Assembly (NCBI GenBank): GCA_963700145.1
Contig: OY969474.1
Location: 4,992,001-5,056,000 of the forward strand
Source of the DNA: an uncultured Acidobacteriota bacterium
Lineage (GTDB): Bacteria; Acidobacteriota; Thermoanaerobaculia; Multivoradales; UBA5704
Reading direction: 5' to 3'
DNA: 64,000 nucleotides
Part shown: positions 26,795-36,182 of the stretch, piece after piece
How the letters are laid out: every line of letters begins with the position of its first letter
How positions within the stretch are numbered: position 1 is the first letter of the stretch
The notes under the pieces: generated by a model
Told to the model about the DNA's origin: nothing
Database searches by the model: none
The model's input: only the letters and a program-made list of their open reading frames with translations
Position numbers and translations under genes: made by a program

Positions 26795-29407
26795 TCAGTG
26801 GCCGTGCGATCCCGCGTCCGGACACGTGTTGTTCGCGGGGCAGGACGGCAAGACCCCCGGCGCCGAGACCGCGCAGTTGTCCGCCCCGCCGCTCGGTTGG
26901 GGCGTGCCGTAGCCGCTCCCGGGTTTGCAGACCGTCTGCACGTTCCACATCATGCCTCGATCCTCGTGGCCGAGGATATGACAGTGGAAGACGTAGCCGC
27001 CCGTGTAGTCCTCGAAGCGGTGGCGGATGAGCACCTCACTCCCCTGCTGGGTGCAGCCGCAAACCGACATCTGGTTGGGGATGGTCGTGGTCCACTGGCC
27101 GTTCCAGGTGGAGTGGTCGGCGTCGCAGGCCCGCTGGCACTTCGCCTTGGCGTCCGCGTTGTCCCAGATCGGGCCCGCCGGGCGGTCGGTCGTCGTCTGC
27201 GTCGGCAGGGCGATGGTGTCCGACCAGATGAAGGGCGGGTCGAACTTGCGGTCGGCGTTGGCGACGATCTGGAAGGGGTTGACGTGGATGTGGAAGGGAT
27301 GGGCGAGCATGCTGCTGTTGTTCGTCCCCAGCTTGTTGGCGACCACCCACTCCTGCGTCGCGCCGAGGGCCGTGGTGATGGGCGCGCAGCTCGGACAGTA
27401 CTGCGAGTCGTTGATCCAGAAGCTGTTGGGCTGCCTCGCGTTGTTGCCGTCGATCTTGAAGACCACCCGCTGATCGGGCGGCCGGCCGGTGGCGGGGAGG
27501 TCGCGCAGGAAGTAGGGCGTGGCCGGCCAGCACTGCGGCGGCGGCGAGCTCCCCTTGCACTCGTCCTTGACGGGGACGTCGGGGTCGCACGCCTCGCCCG
27601 CGATCCCCTGGGTCCAGGGGAAGTTGCCGCTGCCGGCGGCGGTGGCGCCGTTGGTGCCGTTGGTGCCGTTGGTGCCGGCGCTTTCGGCGACGACTCTGAT
27701 GGTGAAGAGCAGGGGGTTGCCCCCGTTGTCGACCGGCGGTACCCCCGCGGTGAGCTGGGTCGGCGGCACCCGCTCGAGGACCGTGGCGTCCAGGTTGAAC
27801 TGCTCCTCGGCATCCTCGGAGAGGTTCTGCGCGGTCACGCGCCGGGTGACGGTGTAGATGCCCGGAGTGGGGGGGGCCTGGACCAGGAAGTCGGCGCGGT
27901 TGCCGGGGCCCAGCTTGAAGTTGTTGAAGGTCCCCTCGTCGTCGCGCAGCGGCTGGCGGCAGTAGTTCTGCCACGCGAACTGGATGCCGTCCTGCGAGAT
28001 CTGGACGACCTTCTGGATGCGTGTGTCGAAGCCGATTTCGAGCGAGGCCGCGAGCTGCGTCGTCCCGCCCACGAACCGCCAGCGCTGGACCTCCCCAGCG
28101 CGCATGGTGATCTGAGGGGTGGCGTAACCGTTGAGCAGCGCCTGCGGCGGGATGAACGGCTGGGCGGGGAAGGGGTTGAAGAACTTCTGGCTGCCGGGAA
28201 CGACCTGGCCCGCGATCTCCTGCACCGCCAGCACCCGGTCCACCAGCTTGCCGCCGTAGAACCGCTGCAGCCAGTCGTCGAACGCCCCTTCGATGATCAG
28301 TCCCCCGGCCATGCCGTTCTGGACCTGAGGCGTGGTCGAGCCGTGCTTGTGCGGATGGTACCAGTGCGTCCCCGGCGCCTGGTTCCAGGCGAGCGGGTTG
28401 ACGTCGACCTGGTAGAAGCCCGTGGCGAAATTCGGCGGGCCGGGGATCGGGCCCGGCGAGTCGTAGGGGAAGAGGTTGAGCAGCACGAAGTCCTGGGGCG
28501 GCTGCGGCGAGACGTGGGTGCCGTGAAGGTGGAGGTTGGTGACGCTGTTGCCGTGGTAGCAGTTGGGGGCCGTCTGGTCCACGTTTTTGGTGACGCAGGT
28601 GCCGGCGCCCGTGCAGTCGGCGTCCGTCGTGCAGGGCCTGGGCAGGCAGGCGTTGCCCGGCGGACACTGCGACGGATCGCTACAGGGTGCGCCCTCCTGG
28701 AAACTGCTGTTGAGGCAGAAGTTGGTGGCGCTGCAGGACTTGTAGCTGGCGGGGTTGCACTTCTTGGCGTCTTCGGCGCTCTGCGGCGTCAGGTAGTTGA
28801 ACAGCCCGATCTTGATCCGGCTCCCCGGGGTCACCACCGGATTCGACGGGCCCGGCGGCTGGGCGGGGTCTTTGAGCGTCGCCGCCCGGGCGCGGAAGAT
28901 GGGGCCGGGGTAGCCCCAGCGGATATTGGGGTCGTTCGGGTTCTTCGGCGGGTTGTTCGGATCGATCGGGCGATTGCCGATCGGGTTGCCGTAGCTGCGC
29001 AGGGTCTGCGCCAGCCAGCCCCAGGTCTTCACGCACTCGGCGTCCGTGCCGCAGTCGGTGTTACTGCTGCAGGTCTTGCCGGTGTCGGAGCACTTCTGGG
29101 CGTTGATGCAGCTCCCGCCTGCTCCGCAGTCGGCGTTGCTGGCGCAGGCCCGGAACCCGTTGTTCGCGCAGGTCGTCGACGTCCAGACCGGGACCCAGGA
29201 GTTCTGCCTCTCGCGCATCACCAGGCTGGAGTCGATCACCCCGTTCACGGCGGCGATCGTCGGCGGGAAGTTGGGATCCAGCTCGCACCCCCACGGCTGG
29301 CCGGTGCCGGGAGGCCCGCACTTGGGGTCCTGGGCCGAGGCGACTCCGGCGGCCAGCGTCAGAGTGACGAGCAACAGCAGAGGTCGGCCGAGACACTTGG
29401 CTCTCAT
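26795..29407 (-). CDS. Secreted multicopper oxidase with Cys-rich repeats and inserted MVL-like lectin domain
   Basis: Signal peptide; TNLHLHG, WYHPHKHG, HPFHIHVNPF, HCHILGHEDRGMM; GAGGAGG RBS before ATG 29407. Confidence 0.92.
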   Translation of the reverse strand: MRAKCLGRPLLLLVTLTLAAGVASAQDPKCGPPGTGQPWGCELDPNFPPTIAAVNGVIDSSLVMRERQNSWVPVWTSTTCANNGFRACASNADCGAGGSCINAQKCSDTGKTCSSNTDCGTDAECVKTWGWLAQTLRSYGNPIGNRPIDPNNPPKNPNDPNIRWGYPGPIFRARAATLKDPAQPPGPSNPVVTPGSRIKIGLFNYLTPQSAEDAKKCNPASYKSCSATNFCLNSSFQEGAPCSDPSQCPPGNACLPRPCTTDADCTGAGTCVTKNVDQTAPNCYHGNSVTNLHLHGTHVSPQPPQDFVLLNLFPYDSPGPIPGPPNFATGFYQVDVNPLAWNQAPGTHWYHPHKHGSTTPQVQNGMAGGLIIEGAFDDWLQRFYGGKLVDRVLAVQEIAGQVVPGSQKFFNPFPAQPFIPPQALLNGYATPQITMRAGEVQRWRFVGGTTQLAASLEIGFDTRIQKVVQISQDGIQFAWQNYCRQPLRDDEGTFNNFKLGPGNRADFLVQAPPTPGIYTVTRRVTAQNLSEDAEEQFNLDATVLERVPPTQLTAGVPPVDNGGNPLLFTIRVVAESAGTNGTNGTNGATAAGSGNFPWTQGIAGEACDPDVPVKDECKGSSPPPQCWPATPYFLRDLPATGRPPDQRVVFKIDGNNARQPNSFWINDSQYCPSCAPITTALGATQEWVVANKLGTNNSSMLAHPFHIHVNPFQIVANADRKFDPPFIWSDTIALPTQTTTDRPAGPIWDNADAKAKCQRACDADHSTWNGQWTTTIPNQMSVCGCTQQGSEVLIRHRFEDYTGGYVFHCHILGHEDRGMMWNVQTVCKPGSGYGTPQPSGGADNCAVSAPGVLPSCPANNTCPDAGSHGH

Positions 29408-29525
29408 CGATCCCTCCTCGAATAGGCGGTTGCGACAGAGATGATCTGCCCCCCGCCACGATCTCTCTGGATTGCGCGCGATCCTGTCCCGGCTGGCGCA
29501 GCGTGTCAACAAGGAGATGCGCACT

Positions 29526-30392
29526 TCAGACTGGACGCGGTCGCGCGTCCAGCCAGGTCTTCGTCGCCGTCGCCGCGAGGATCAGGACGCCGCCGGCGAG
29601 CGACCAGCCCCCCGGCCGCTCGCCGTGCGCGAGCCAGGCCCAGATCGGGTTGAGCACCGGCTCGAGCAGCAGCAGGAGCGAAGCCTCGAAGGCGGGGACG
29701 CGGGTCAGCGCGCGAGTGAGGAAGAAGTAGGCCAGCCCGACCTGCACGACGCCGAGGAAGGCGACGCCCGCCCAGTCGCCGCCGTCCGCTCCCGCCAGCG
29801 GCAGCGCCAGCGGCAGGCAGGCGAAGGCGGTCAGCGCGTTGCCCGCCAGCGCCGCTCCCGCCGCCGCGCCGCTGCCGCCCTCCCGCCCCAGCGCCCGCAG
29901 CCCCATCACCGTCAGCGCCCAGGTCAGGCCAGCCGCCGCGGCGAGGACGTTGCCGAGCAGCGGCCGCGGGGCGGTGGCGGAGGCGCGGTCGAGGCCGAGG
30001 AAGAAGAAGGCCATCCCCACCGCCAGCGCCGCCATCAGCCCGAGGTCGGAGCGGCGGACGCGCTCGCGCAGCAGCCAGGGGGCGAGGAGGAGGACGTAGA
30101 GCGGCGCCGTCGACTGCAGGAAGATGGCGCTCGCCGCGGTGGTCAGCTTGTTGGCCTGGACGAAGAGGACGAGCGTCGCGGCGTAGGCGACGCCCACGGC
30201 GGCGGCGTGCCGCGAGAGGCCGCGACGGCTCTCCGGCATCAGGAGGAGGACGGTGAGCGCGGCGAGGCCGGAGCGCAGCGACGCCACCTGCCACCCCGTG
30301 AGGTCGATCGCCTTGATGACCGCCCCGCCGGTCGAGAAGAGGGCCGCCGCCGCCAGCACGCCGAGCCGTCCCGAGGCGGCGGTCGCACGCAT
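29526..30392 (-). CDS. EamA/DMT family transporter
   Basis: About 10 TM helices, LEPVLNPIW, GERPG. Confidence 0.9.
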   Translation of the reverse strand: MRATAASGRLGVLAAAALFSTGGAVIKAIDLTGWQVASLRSGLAALTVLLLMPESRRGLSRHAAAVGVAYAATLVLFVQANKLTTAASAIFLQSTAPLYVLLLAPWLLRERVRRSDLGLMAALAVGMAFFFLGLDRASATAPRPLLGNVLAAAAGLTWALTVMGLRALGREGGSGAAAGAALAGNALTAFACLPLALPLAGADGGDWAGVAFLGVVQVGLAYFFLTRALTRVPAFEASLLLLLEPVLNPIWAWLAHGERPGGWSLAGGVLILAATATKTWLDARPRPV

Positions 30393-30472
30393 CGGGGGGA
30401 GAATATCCCCCCGTGCTACGATTCCACGATCCGTCGGAACGTCGCCGCGCCGGCCCCCAACCCATTGCAACG

Positions 30473-31345
30473 ATGAGGAGTCCCATCCCGGTCTGCTGCG
30501 CGCTGCTCGCGCTCACCGCCCTTCCCGGCGCCGCCCAGACCGCCTACTCCGTCAAGTCCGACGTCGACGACAACCTCTACTCCGTCGAGCTGCTCAGCGG
30601 CCGCACGCGGCGGATCGGCGCCACCGGCTTCGGCGACGTCGAGTCGCTGGCCTTCAACCGCGGTTGCGCGACGCTCTACGGCATCGACGACGTCAAGGAC
30701 GTCCTGGTGCGCTGCAACGTCACGACCGGCGGCTGCACCCAGGTCGGCGCGCTGCGGGTGGACGTCACCGACACCGGCCTCGCCTTCGCCGCCGACGGCA
30801 AGCTCTACATGTCCACCGACGCCCCCAACCCCCCGCGGCTCTACCAGATCGACGTGCCGAGCGGCCGCGCCGACCTGCTCGGCGAGCAGGGGACCCCCGT
30901 CACCGGCCTCGCCGGCGGCTTTCCCCGCACCGGCTGTCCTTCCGGTCTCTACGGGCTCGGGGGCGACACCGATCCCGCCGCCGGCAAGCCCGGGCGGCTC
31001 TACTGCCTCGACACCTCCCGCGGCGGCGCCACCGCCATCGGGCCGCTGGGGACCGTCGACCCGGTTGACGGCGGCCTCGACGCCGCGGGGTCGGGGACCC
31101 TGTGGGGGCTCGACGACCAGGGGACGATCTTCTCGGTCGACCGCACCAGCGGCCGCGCCACGGTGGTCCAGCGCGCCGACGCGGCGCGCCGCGGCTTCGA
31201 GGGGCTGGCCATCGCCGACGGCGTCTGCGCCGCCGAGGCGCCGGCCGAGATCCCGGCCGCCGGCCCCACGGCCCTGGCCGCCCTCGCCGCCGCCCTCGCC
31301 ACGCTCGGCGCCCTCCTCCTGCAGCGCCGCCGCGCCGCCGGCTGA
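30473..31345 (+). CDS. Secreted beta-propeller-like protein with C-terminal sorting signal
   Basis: Signal peptide, repeated LY.ID..TG.AT.IG blades, C-terminal IPAAG + TM + RRR. Confidence 0.7.
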   Translation: MRSPIPVCCALLALTALPGAAQTAYSVKSDVDDNLYSVELLSGRTRRIGATGFGDVESLAFNRGCATLYGIDDVKDVLVRCNVTTGGCTQVGALRVDVTDTGLAFAADGKLYMSTDAPNPPRLYQIDVPSGRADLLGEQGTPVTGLAGGFPRTGCPSGLYGLGGDTDPAAGKPGRLYCLDTSRGGATAIGPLGTVDPVDGGLDAAGSGTLWGLDDQGTIFSVDRTSGRATVVQRADAARRGFEGLAIADGVCAAEAPAEIPAAGPTALAALAAALATLGALLLQRRRAAG

Positions 31346-31365
31346 AGCTCCGAAAAGCCCCAGCC

Positions 31366-31395
31366 GTGGTGGTCGGCGGAAAGCCCGACCACTAC
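31366..31395. repeat. REP-like hairpin (GTAG-initiated on minus strand)
   Basis: GTGGTGGTCGG...CCGACCACTAC, 11-bp stem with one G-T pair; single copy in the window. Confidence 0.5.
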
Positions 31396-31489
31396 CCCTA
31401 GCTTGCCGTAAACCCCGATCCGCGCTAACATTTTTCCGGTTCGAGCCCCCAACTCAGTGAGCGTCAGCCAGGAGGCGATCCGGCCCGCG

Positions 31490-32824
31490 ATGCCCCAGCC
31501 CGACAGACAGAAGAAGGTCTTCGTCCTCGACACGTCGGTCATCCTCTACGACTTCAACGCCCTCCAGAGCTTCCATGAGCACGACGTCGCCATCCCCATC
31601 ACCGTCCTCGAAGAGCTCGACCAGTTCAAGAAAGGCAACGCGGTCGTCAACCTGCAGGCGCGGGAGTTCATCCGCCAGCTCGATGCCCTCTCCGGCAAGA
31701 GCCTGCTCGGCACCTGGATCCCGCTCGACGGCCCTACCCGCGGCCGCTTCCGGGTGATCACCGAGGACGAGGGCGGGGCCGACGCCGGCGCCGTCTTCGG
31801 CACTCGCAAGGCCGACCACCGCATCCTCAACGCCGCCCTCGCCCTCTCCCGCGCCGAGACCAAGCGGCGCGTCATCCTGGTCAGCAAGGACATCAACCTG
31901 CGCCTGAAGGCGCGGGCGCTGAACCTGCCGGCCGAGGACTACGAGAGCGTCAAGATCAAGGACGTCGACCACCTCTACAAGGGGAAGGCCGAGCTGGAGG
32001 TGGCCGACCCGGAGCTGATCGCCCGCCTCTACCGCGAAGGGCGGGTGCCGCGCGCCGAGCTGCTGCCCGAGCGGCCGGTCGCCAACCAGTACTTCATCCT
32101 GCGCGCCGACGGCAGCTCGGCGCTGGCCTGCTTCAACCCGCGCACCGACCAGGTCGAGCACGTCCCCAAGGCCGGCGCCTACGGTGTCATGCCGCGCAAC
32201 GCCGAGCAGACCTTCGCCGTCCACGCGGTGCTCAACGCCGAGGTGCCGCTGGTGACGATCACCGGCGCCGCCGGCACCGGCAAGACGCTCCTGGCGCTGG
32301 CCGGGGCGCTCGAGCAGCGGCGCCTCTTCCGCCAGGTCTACCTGGCGCGCCCGATCGTGCCGCTGGCCAACCGCGACATCGGCTTCCTGCCCGGGGACGT
32401 GAAGTCGAAGATCGACCCCTACATGCAGCCGCTGTGGGACAACCTGGGGATCATCAAGAACCAGTACGGCGAGCGCGACCGCGAGTACAAGCGGCTGGAG
32501 GAGATGGTCGAGCAGGAGAAGCTGCACATCGTGCCGCTGGCCTACATCCGCGGCCGCAGCTTCGCCAACGTCATCTTCATCGTCGACGAGGCGCAGAACC
32601 TGACGCCGCACGAGGTCAAGACGATCATCACCCGCGCCGGCGAGAAGACTAAGATCGTCATGACCGGCGACATCTTCCAGATCGACACCCCGTATCTCGA
32701 CGCCCAGTCCAACGGCCTCTCCTACCTGATCGACCGCCTCAAAGGCTCCCCCCTCTACGCCCACGTCAACCTCGACAAGGGGGAGCGCTCGGAGCTGGCG
32801 AACCTGGCGAGCCTGCTGCTGTAA
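31490..32824 (+). CDS. PhoH2-type protein (PIN domain + PhoH ATPase)
   Basis: VLDTSV, EELD, SKDINLR; GAAGTGKT, RGRS, DEAQN. Confidence 0.93.
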   Translation: MPQPDRQKKVFVLDTSVILYDFNALQSFHEHDVAIPITVLEELDQFKKGNAVVNLQAREFIRQLDALSGKSLLGTWIPLDGPTRGRFRVITEDEGGADAGAVFGTRKADHRILNAALALSRAETKRRVILVSKDINLRLKARALNLPAEDYESVKIKDVDHLYKGKAELEVADPELIARLYREGRVPRAELLPERPVANQYFILRADGSSALACFNPRTDQVEHVPKAGAYGVMPRNAEQTFAVHAVLNAEVPLVTITGAAGTGKTLLALAGALEQRRLFRQVYLARPIVPLANRDIGFLPGDVKSKIDPYMQPLWDNLGIIKNQYGERDREYKRLEEMVEQEKLHIVPLAYIRGRSFANVIFIVDEAQNLTPHEVKTIITRAGEKTKIVMTGDIFQIDTPYLDAQSNGLSYLIDRLKGSPLYAHVNLDKGERSELANLASLLL

Positions 32825-32835
32825 CGTCGGCACCC

Positions 32836-33063
32836 ATGCGCCGACTCCCGCGCCTCGCGGTCGCCGCTCTCCTGCCGGCGCTGGCCGCCGCCGGCGCCGT
32901 TGCGGCCCAGGACGACCCCCACGCCGGCTGCGTCCTGCAATACCGGGGAGACGCCGCCGGAGCGGAGCGGGAGCTGGCGGAGGCCCGCCGCCTCTGGCGC
33001 GAAGCCGACCCCGATCTCGCGGAGCTGCGGCTGATGGAGGCGACCGCCGCGCCGGCGCCCTAG
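32836..33063 (+). pseudogene. Probable internally deleted secreted protein
   Basis: Signal peptide + QDDPHAGC joined directly to a C-terminus-like WREADPDLAEL; 75 aa in total. Confidence 0.45.
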
Positions 33064-33094
33064 CGCGGGAGTCCTCTCCGGAGGACGAAAAGCC

Positions 33095-33157
33095 GGTATC
33101 AGAGCTTGCTACCTCGGTCTCGAGCCTTGATACCTCCGTATCAGCCGCTGATACCCC
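33095..33157. repeat. Tandem array C, left part (21-bp period, GATAC-N4-GTATC palindrome + 7-nt linker)
   Basis: GCTACCTCGGTCTC 33108, GATACCTCCGTATC 33129, GATACCCC 33150 cut by IS3. Confidence 0.85.
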
Positions 33158-33208
33158 TGGAGTTGCCCCGCTTTGGTGGACACCTCATCCTTCGGGAGAA
33201 AGGAGTCC

Positions 33209-33529
33209 ATGATGGGGAGTCACCGCGGCAAGCCCTACCCGGCGGAGTTTCGTCGGCGGATGGTTGAGTTGGTGCGGGCCGGGCGGACGGCCGAGGAGCT
33301 GAGTCGGGAGTTCGAGCCCTCGGCCGAGTCGATTCACGACTGGGCACGCCAAGCCGACCGGGACGAGGGCCGGCGCGACGACGGGCTGACGACGGCCGAG
33401 CGCGAGGAGCTGCGCCGGCTGCGGCGGGAGAATCGCCAGTTGCGTGAGGACCGGGAGATTCTGGCAAAAGCCGCGGCCTGGTTTGCTCGGGAGACCGAGT
33501 CGAGCCCACGGAAGGGTTCGGATTCGTGA
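33209..33529 (+). CDS. IS3 transposase OrfA
   Basis: YPAEFRRRMVELV HTH, coiled coil, ILAKAAAWFA; AAAAG at 33466-33470 is a candidate -1 frameshift site. Confidence 0.92.
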   Translation: MMGSHRGKPYPAEFRRRMVELVRAGRTAEELSREFEPSAESIHDWARQADRDEGRRDDGLTTAEREELRRLRRENRQLREDREILAKAAAWFARETESSPRKGSDS

Positions 33530-34371
33530 GGGCGCACCAGGCCTGCTACAGGGTAGTGAGGATGTGCCGACTGCTGGGTGTCTCCTCCAGCGGGTATTAC
33601 GCCTGGTGTCGGCGTCAGGCCGGTGCGCGAGCCCGAGCCGACGCGGCGCTCGGCGCGCAGATCCGGGCGATCCACGCGCGGTCGTGGGGGACTTATGGGG
33701 CGCCCCGGATCCACGCCGAGCTGGCGGCGCAGGGCGTACGGGTGGGGCGCAAGCGTGTGGGGCGGCTGATGCGCGAGGCCGGGCTTGGGGGCGTCAGTCG
33801 GCGGAAGTGGCCCCGGACGACGGTGCGAGACGGCCAAGCCCGCCCGGCGCCGGATCTGGTCGGCCGTCACTTCACGGTCGACGCTCCGGATCGGCTCTGG
33901 GTGGCCGACATCACCTACATCCCGACCACGGCAGGGTTTCTGTACCTGGCCGTGGTCGTCGACGCCTGGAGTCGGCGCGTGGTGGGCTGGTCGATGGCGA
34001 CGCATCTGCAGACCGAGCTCGTGGTGGCGGCACTGGAGATGGCGCTTGGACAGCGGCGGCCGCAGGGCGTGATCCATCATTCCGACCAGGGGACGCAGTA
34101 CACCTCGTTGGCCTTCGGCCAGCGCTGCCGACGAGCCGGTGTGCGGCCGTCGATGGGGTCGGTCGGGGACTGCTACGACAACGCGCTGTGCGAGAGCTTC
34201 TTTGCCACGCTCGAGTGCGAGCTGCTCGACCGGCGGCGCTTCGGGACCCAGACCGAGGCCCGGATGGCGGTGTTCGAGTTCCTCGAGGGCTGGTACAACC
34301 CGCATCGCCGGCACTCGGCCCTGGGCTATCTCAGCCCGGCGGAATTCGAGCGCCGGCGACGGGCAGCCTGA
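33526..34371 (+). CDS. IS3 transposase OrfB (DDE)
   Basis: WVADITY, HHSDQG.QY, DNALCESFF, YN..RRHSALGY; -1 frame relative to OrfA. Confidence 0.95.
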   Translation: MRAHQACYRVVRMCRLLGVSSSGYYAWCRRQAGARARADAALGAQIRAIHARSWGTYGAPRIHAELAAQGVRVGRKRVGRLMREAGLGGVSRRKWPRTTVRDGQARPAPDLVGRHFTVDAPDRLWVADITYIPTTAGFLYLAVVVDAWSRRVVGWSMATHLQTELVVAALEMALGQRRPQGVIHHSDQGTQYTSLAFGQRCRRAGVRPSMGSVGDCYDNALCESFFATLECELLDRRRFGTQTEARMAVFEFLEGWYNPHRRHSALGYLSPAEFERRRRAA

Positions 34372-34487
34372 GATGCACGTCACTCCTGGCGTTTTCGTCG
34401 GATCGTGGGACGGGCAGCTGCCCGCCTCACGCAGGGGAGGAGACCCCAAACTTCAACTGTCCACCAAACCGGGGTAAGTCCAGTCCA

Positions 34488-34574
34488 CCCCTGTATCAGC
34501 CGTCGATACCTCCGGATCGGGCGCTGCTACCGAGGTATCTGGCGCCGTTACCTAGGTATCGGGCGCCGCTCCCC
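34488..34574. repeat. Tandem array C, right part
   Basis: GATACCTCCGGATC 34505, GCTACCGAGGTATC 34526, GTTACCTAGGTATC 34547; ends at the IS256 left IR. Confidence 0.85.
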
Positions 34575-36033
34575 GGGGTTGTCCCTCCCGCTGTTGAAAG
34601 AGCAATGAGGTGAAGGCGGCTCCTCGGCCCACCTGATCGAGAATCGGGTTGGTCGAATAACCGGCCCCGCCAGGGGGCCAAGGAGCCGTGATGAAGACGA
34701 GAGCAGAAAGGCGGGTGGTGTGGCAAGGGGGCCGTGCGGCGCGCATCAGCCACGGGCTACAAGCGCTGCTGCGGCCGATGGTCGAGGGCATCGAGGCCAG
34801 CCGCCAGGGGCTGCTGGAGCTGTTTCACGCCGCGGGCGTCGAGGCCCTGGGGCGGCAGCTCGCGGACGAGGTCGAGGCCGTCGTCGGTCCGAAGCGTCGG
34901 CGCAATCCGACCCGCGAGGCGTACCGCTGGGGCTCGACGGCGAGCGAGTTCGTGCTGGGTGGCCGCCAGGTGGCGCTGCCGCGACCGCGCGTCCGGCGAC
35001 GCGACGGTGGCGAGATGAGCTTGCCTTCGGTGCGCGCCTTTCAGGACGAAGATCCCTTCACGGAGCGGGTGATCGAGCAGGCGCTGGTCGGCGTCTCGTA
35101 GCGCCGCTACGGTCGGAGCTTGGAGCCGCTCGCAGAGTCGGTGCCGGAGCGCGCGACGAGCAAGAGTGCGGTCCAGCGCCGGCTGGTGGCGGGGACGCGT
35201 CGTCTGCTGGACGCGTGGCTGCGCCGAGACCTGTCGGACTTCCAGCCCCTGATCCTGATGATCGACGGGCTGGAGGTGGCCGGCCACACCCTGGTGGTGG
35301 CACTCGGCATCGCGCGCGACGGGACCAAGCGGGTGCTCGGCCTGCGTGAAGGCGCGACGGAGAACGCGGCGCTCTGTACCGGCCTGCTCCAGGAGCTGTT
35401 GGAGCGAGGCCTCGCGATGCCGCCGCGCTTCTTGGCGGTGCTCGACGGCGGCAAGGGGCTGCGCAAGGCCGTGCGCGCCGTCTTCGGGGACGCAACCCAC
35501 GTCCAGCGCTGCCAGCTCCACAAGCGCCGCAACGTCCGCGACCACCTGCCCAAGCAGCTCCAAGCCCGGGTCGACCGCCTGATGGTCGAGGCCTACCAGA
35601 GCGCTCGCTTCGACCTCGCCAAGCGTCGCCTCGAGCAGCTTGCCCGCTGGCTCGAGCACGCAGGCCACGCGGGCGCCGCGGGCAGCCTGCGCGAGGGCCT
35701 CGACGAGACCCTCACCGCCTTGCGGCTGAAGCTGCCCGACGCTCTGCGCCGGTTGCTCGCCTCGACCAACGCGATCGAGAACACGATCGGCTCGATCCGT
35801 ACGACGACGCGCAACGTCAAGCGCTGGCGCGGCGGCGACATGGTGCTGCGCTGGGTCGCCCTGGCGCTGTGTGACGCGGAGGCTGGCTTCCGGCGTGTCA
35901 AGGGACATCGGCACCTCGGGGCTCTCGAGCTCGCGCTCGCGGCGATCGAGGAACCGACGAACACCAAGGCCGTGGCATGATCAACCGAGCCGCTTTCCCT
36001 CTTTCGGCTTTCAACAGGGAACGGGGCATCCCC
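34575..36033 (+). mobile_element. IS256-family element
   Basis: IRs GGGGTTGTCCCTCCCGCTGTTGAAAG and reverse complement GGGGATGCCCCGTTCCCTGTTGAAAG (20/26). No target duplication found. Confidence 0.85.
34688..35980 (+). pseudogene. IS256 (Mutator-like) transposase with in-frame TAG at 35099-35101
   Basis: The two listed ORFs are in the same frame (GVS*RRY); MIDG, LDG, QRCQLHKRRN and STNAIE motifs. Confidence 0.9.
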
Positions 36034-36096
36034 CAGAGGCGCCGCGCGTTCGATCAGGCGCGCGATATCCGGAGGGAGGTTCTCGAAGCTGGTCAC
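36034..36096 (-). pseudogene. Possible N-terminal gene fragment cut by IS256
   Basis: GAAAGAGG RBS-like, GTG, then MTSFENLPPDIARLIERAAPL runs into the right IR. Confidence 0.35.
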
Positions 36097-36182
36097 CCTC
36101 TTTCATTGTACTTCGAGACTCCGCTGGGCTTGGTATTGAGGGAGCGGCCGCTGCCCGGCACTATGAACGCCTTCAGCCGAAG

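Larger units (their letters stand above)
33158..34482 (+). mobile_element. IS3-family element, copy 1 (1325 bp)
   Basis: TG...CA ends, 25-bp IRs matching 22/25; CCCC duplication at 33154-33157 and 34488-34491 with an extra GTCCA between. Confidence 0.95.

Noticed and set aside
27648-27677. 9-bp tandem repeat
   Set aside because: In-frame GTN linker within the multicopper oxidase, not an independent element.
35099-35101. Pyrrolysine or programmed read-through of the IS256 TAG
   Set aside because: No pyl genes seen; a single CAG-to-TAG change is simpler.
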